A stretch of 64,000 bases of DNA. It comes from Macrostomum lignano. Its lineage: Eukaryota. This document shows positions 60,819 to 64,000 of the stretch, piece by piece. Positions within the stretch are counted from its first letter, which is position 1. Each line of letters starts with the position of its first letter. A model generated the notes under the pieces. It searched no databases and was not told the origin of the DNA. It worked only from the letters and a program-made list of their open reading frames with translations. Location of the stretch: contig NIVC01001069.1 of NCBI GenBank assembly GCA_002269645.1, positions 186,001-250,000 on the forward strand, written 5' to 3'. A program made the translations under genes and the position numbers.

Positions 60819-61655
60819 GATGCGTGGGTCGACGTCAACCGGAGAAGCGGCTCAGCGTGCTTGGCTACGCCGACGACCTCGCCCTGCTGTCCTCGACCGT
60901 CGAGGGCGCCCAACGGCAGCTAGACAGGCTAGTTGCCGTTGCGGTGAGTGTCGGCCTGGTGGTCAACACGCAGAAGACAGTTGTGCTCTGCGTGCCGGAC
61001 GACATCGAGGCTGCAATATTCTGCCGAGGCGCTGACGGGCAGGCGACCGAGCTCCCGCGATGTCAGCAGTTTGTCTACCTCGGCGGTCTGGTTCCAGACG
61101 CTCGCGAGGACCTGCGACGCCGCCGCGGGCTTACCTGGGCTGCCTTTCGTTCTGTGAGGGCAGTCCTCCAGTCCGAGGCCCTACCGGACCGCCAGAGGGC
61201 GGCGCTGTTCCAGGCGGTAATCGAGACCGTCCTGCTGTACAACACCGAGACCTGGACGCTGACGGACTCACTCAAACAGCAAGTCGATGCGGCGCACGCT
61301 GGCCTGCTGCGCGCCGCCTTCAACATCGGCGTTGAGCGAGTCAACAACGCGGCACTCTATCGCCGCGCTGGCCTGCCACGTCCAAGCGATCTACTGCGCC
61401 GTCGGCGACTCCAGCTCGCAGGCCATCTTATCCGCGCCGAGTCGTACTGCCCACAGCCGGTGCAGGAGGTGCTGCTGCTCACGCTGCAGGCACCCTACCG
61501 GCGAGGTCAAGCGCAAACTCGGCGTTACGTCGACTGTCTGCTGGCTGACGCCGGCGCCCCGGACACTGCCGGTGGCGCGGCCTTTGTTCGCGCCCAAGCC
61601 ATGAAGCGCGCCCTGTGACGCTGTGATGCATCTATACATATCTATCTGTCTGTAC
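60819..61655 (+). mobile_element. 5'-truncated RTE-clade LINE with an intact RT C-terminal frame
   Basis: GYADDLALL...GLVVNTQKT...FVYLGG...LLYNTETWTL...RRRLQLAGHLIR; stop at 61618; TATC-like tail. Confidence 0.9.
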
Positions 61656-62454
61656 TTTAGTTTTTTGTTTACGAAATATGAGTGCTTAGGCCAAGGTAAA
61701 CAGCGCGCTGCTAAAGTAGTTGTGTAATTTTGCAACACTTGAGACTGGAAAGCAACCCGAAGTCCCGTGACAGTTCGTTTCACAATGCAACTTCTAACCA
61801 AGCGTTTTTCTAGACAGGGGTTGTCTAATCTATAGCTACGCATGCTATAGCTGTTGTCAAATCTGCCTCATTGTTTTAAGCTTTTTTGTAACACGACTGA
61901 GTGCTCCGCGAGTCTGACTCGAGAAGGCTGCTCCTGAGACACTGAGAAACAAGCTCAGCCGCGCCTCTTTCTTAACGAATCGAATTGCAGTCATATGTTT
62001 ATTACTGTTTTTCTACTTTAATGCTCGCACAAACCTTTCTGCACATCCGCGTGTTGAGGCTAGTTTTTTTTTAATAATTACAGTGCTCAAGTTTCAGGTT
62101 GACGTTTTATGCAGAAAGCAAAATATTTAAGAGCTAAGCTGGATTATGTTGAAATTTCGCGCATCCTGTCAGTATTTAATAACAATTAACTGTATGCATA
62201 ATACGTATCTGTGGTGTATCACAGTCTTTAAAATTGTTGCAACCAACCAAAAAGGTACTTTATGTTCACAAATCGTCGGTGGCGCCCCCCCCCCAATGGA
62301 AAATCCTGTTTACGCCACTGAGGAGGGGACGCAGGCCTAAAATGGACCCCCACAAAAAAGGCTCCTAAAAAATAAATGAAAGTGATGACCAAGCTCAACG
62401 AGGGACTGAAGCTCAGCTTTTACCCCCGCTTGGAAGTGACATATCCCGAGCGCA

Positions 62455-63538
62455 CACCAAGAGACAGAGGCGCCCACCAAGAGACAGGGGTATGCACCCA
62501 CCAAGAGACAGGGGTATGCACCCACCAAGAGACAGGGGCGCCCACCAAGAGACAGGGGCGCCCACCAAGAGACAGGGACACCCACCAAGAGACAGGGACA
62601 CCCACCAAGAGACAGGGGCACCCACCAAGAGGTAGGGAGCGCCGGAAATAGACAGGGGCACCCATCAAGAGGCAGGGGCACCCACCAATAGACAGGGGCA
62701 CCCACCAAGAGACAGAGACGCGCACAGACAGGGGCGCCTACCAAGAGACAGGGGGCGCTTACCAAGAGACAGGGGCGTCCATCAAGGACAGGGGCGTCCA
62801 CCAAGAGACAGGGACACCCACCAAGAGACAGGGGCACCCACCAAGAGACAGGGGCGCCCACCAAGAGACAGGGGCGCCCACCAAGAGACAGGGGTATGCA
62901 CCCACCAAGAGACAGGGGTATGCACCCACCAAGAGACAGGGGCGCCCACCAAGAGACAGGGGCGCCCACCAAGAGACAGGGACACCCACCAAGAGACAGG
63001 GACACCCACCAAGAGACAGGGGCGCCCACCAAGAGGTAGGGAGCGCCGGAAATAGACAGGGGCACCCATCAAGAGGCAGGGGCACCCACCAAGAGACAGA
63101 GACGTGCACAGACAGGGGCGCCTACCAAGAGACAGGGGGCGCTTACCAAGAGACAGGGACACCCACCAAGAGACAGGGGCGCCCACCAAGAGACAGGGGC
63201 ATGCACCCGCCATGAGACAGGGGTATGCACCCACCAAGAGACAAGGGCATGCACCCACCAAGACACAGAGGCATGCACCCACCAAGAGACAGAGGCGCCC
63301 ACCAAGAGACAGGGGCACCCACCAAGAGACAGGGGCACCCACCAAGAGACAGGGGCACCCACCAAGAGACAGGGGCACCCACCAAGAGACAGGGGCACCC
63401 ACCAAGAGACAGGGGCACCCACCAAGAGACAGGGGCACCCACCAAGAGACAGGGGTACCCACCAAGAGGCAGGGAGCGCCGGAACTAGAGACAGGCACCC
63501 ATCAAGAGGCAGGGGCACCCACCAAGAGACAGGGGCAC
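62455..63538. repeat. ~20-bp minisatellite (CACCCACCAAGAGACAGGGG / CGCCCACC variants) with ~400-bp higher-order duplication
   Basis: Tandem unit read directly; marker GAGGTAGGGAGCGCCGGAA recurs at ~62629 and ~63033. Confidence 0.93.
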
Positions 63539-64000
63539 TGTTGTATATTAACAGAGAAGACACAGAGTATGCCCCCAGTCCAATGTTTTGTTGTCTAGGG
63601 CACAACCTATTATTTTATAATAAAGTAGTTACAACATGAGTCAAGAGGAGTTTATATCTAACGGAGCAATACGATAGTTCGAACCGCTTAAGCGAACCAT
63701 TGCCTTCTTACTTAAATGTGGCAGCTCCAGGTCGGAGCAGAAGACATAACAGTGGCGACGAGTACAAAATCGGCAAGTTTGACGTGGCTAAACCGGATCA
63801 ATGGCTACGAAGAGCGGCTAGAACAATTTCTCGTCGTGAATGAAGTGACCGAGGAGGCACAAAAGCGAACGAGCTTGATCACAGTGATAGGCAATGACTG
63901 TTATCAATTGCTACGCAACCTGCTATCGCCTAAGAAGCCAAAGGATGTGGCATACGACGAAAAAGTGAAGACGCTGAGGGAACACTTCAACCCGAAGCCG
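63539..64000 (+). mobile_element. 5' LTR (63539-63751), PBS and frameshifted gag start of a second Mag-like Gypsy element, cut by the window edge
   Basis: TGTTG...TAACA LTR; TGGCGACGAG at 63753; IGKFD...DQW (frameshift) YEERLEQFLVVNEV...LITVIG...YQLLRNLLSPKKPKD...LREHFNPKP. Confidence 0.88.

Noticed and set aside
62337-63605. Trp/Cys/Leu-rich ORFs
   Set aside because: They are translations of the 20-bp minisatellite

Overview
Eukaryotic (metazoan) genomic DNA. GC-rich exons and introns filled with minisatellites suggest a free-living flatworm such as Macrostomum lignano (inference). Genes reconstructed by hand from splice sites and reading frames: an ankyrin-repeat gene (ANKRD34-like, minus, runs off the left edge), VPS9D1 (minus), rpL13 (minus) and rpL36 (plus) arranged head-to-head across a ~10-kb AT-rich block, N-acetylneuraminate lyase (plus), a 9-exon NuMA orthologue (minus, ~1486 aa), a putative secreted peptide precursor, a two-TM possibly vezatin-like exon, and a divergent ETS factor. 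Mobile DNA: a full-length Mag-type Ty3/Gypsy element with identical LTRs, the start of a second one, two tRNA-derived CORE-like SINEs, a deleted Merlin element, a MITE, a decayed Crypton, a Penelope-like fragment with a hammerhead ribozyme, and an RTE LINE 3' end. Most notable: the first visible VPS9D1 coding exon has no ATG and begins at a phase-0 splice acceptor ~0.9 kb downstream of rpL13. This fits an rpL13-VPS9D1 operon in which the flatworm spliced leader's terminal AUG supplies the start codon; NuMA has a similar acceptor. Candidate TOP/TCT first exons for the two ribosomal protein genes lie ~340 bp apart, suggesting a shared bidirectional promoter. No CRISPR array, rRNA or true tRNA gene was found.
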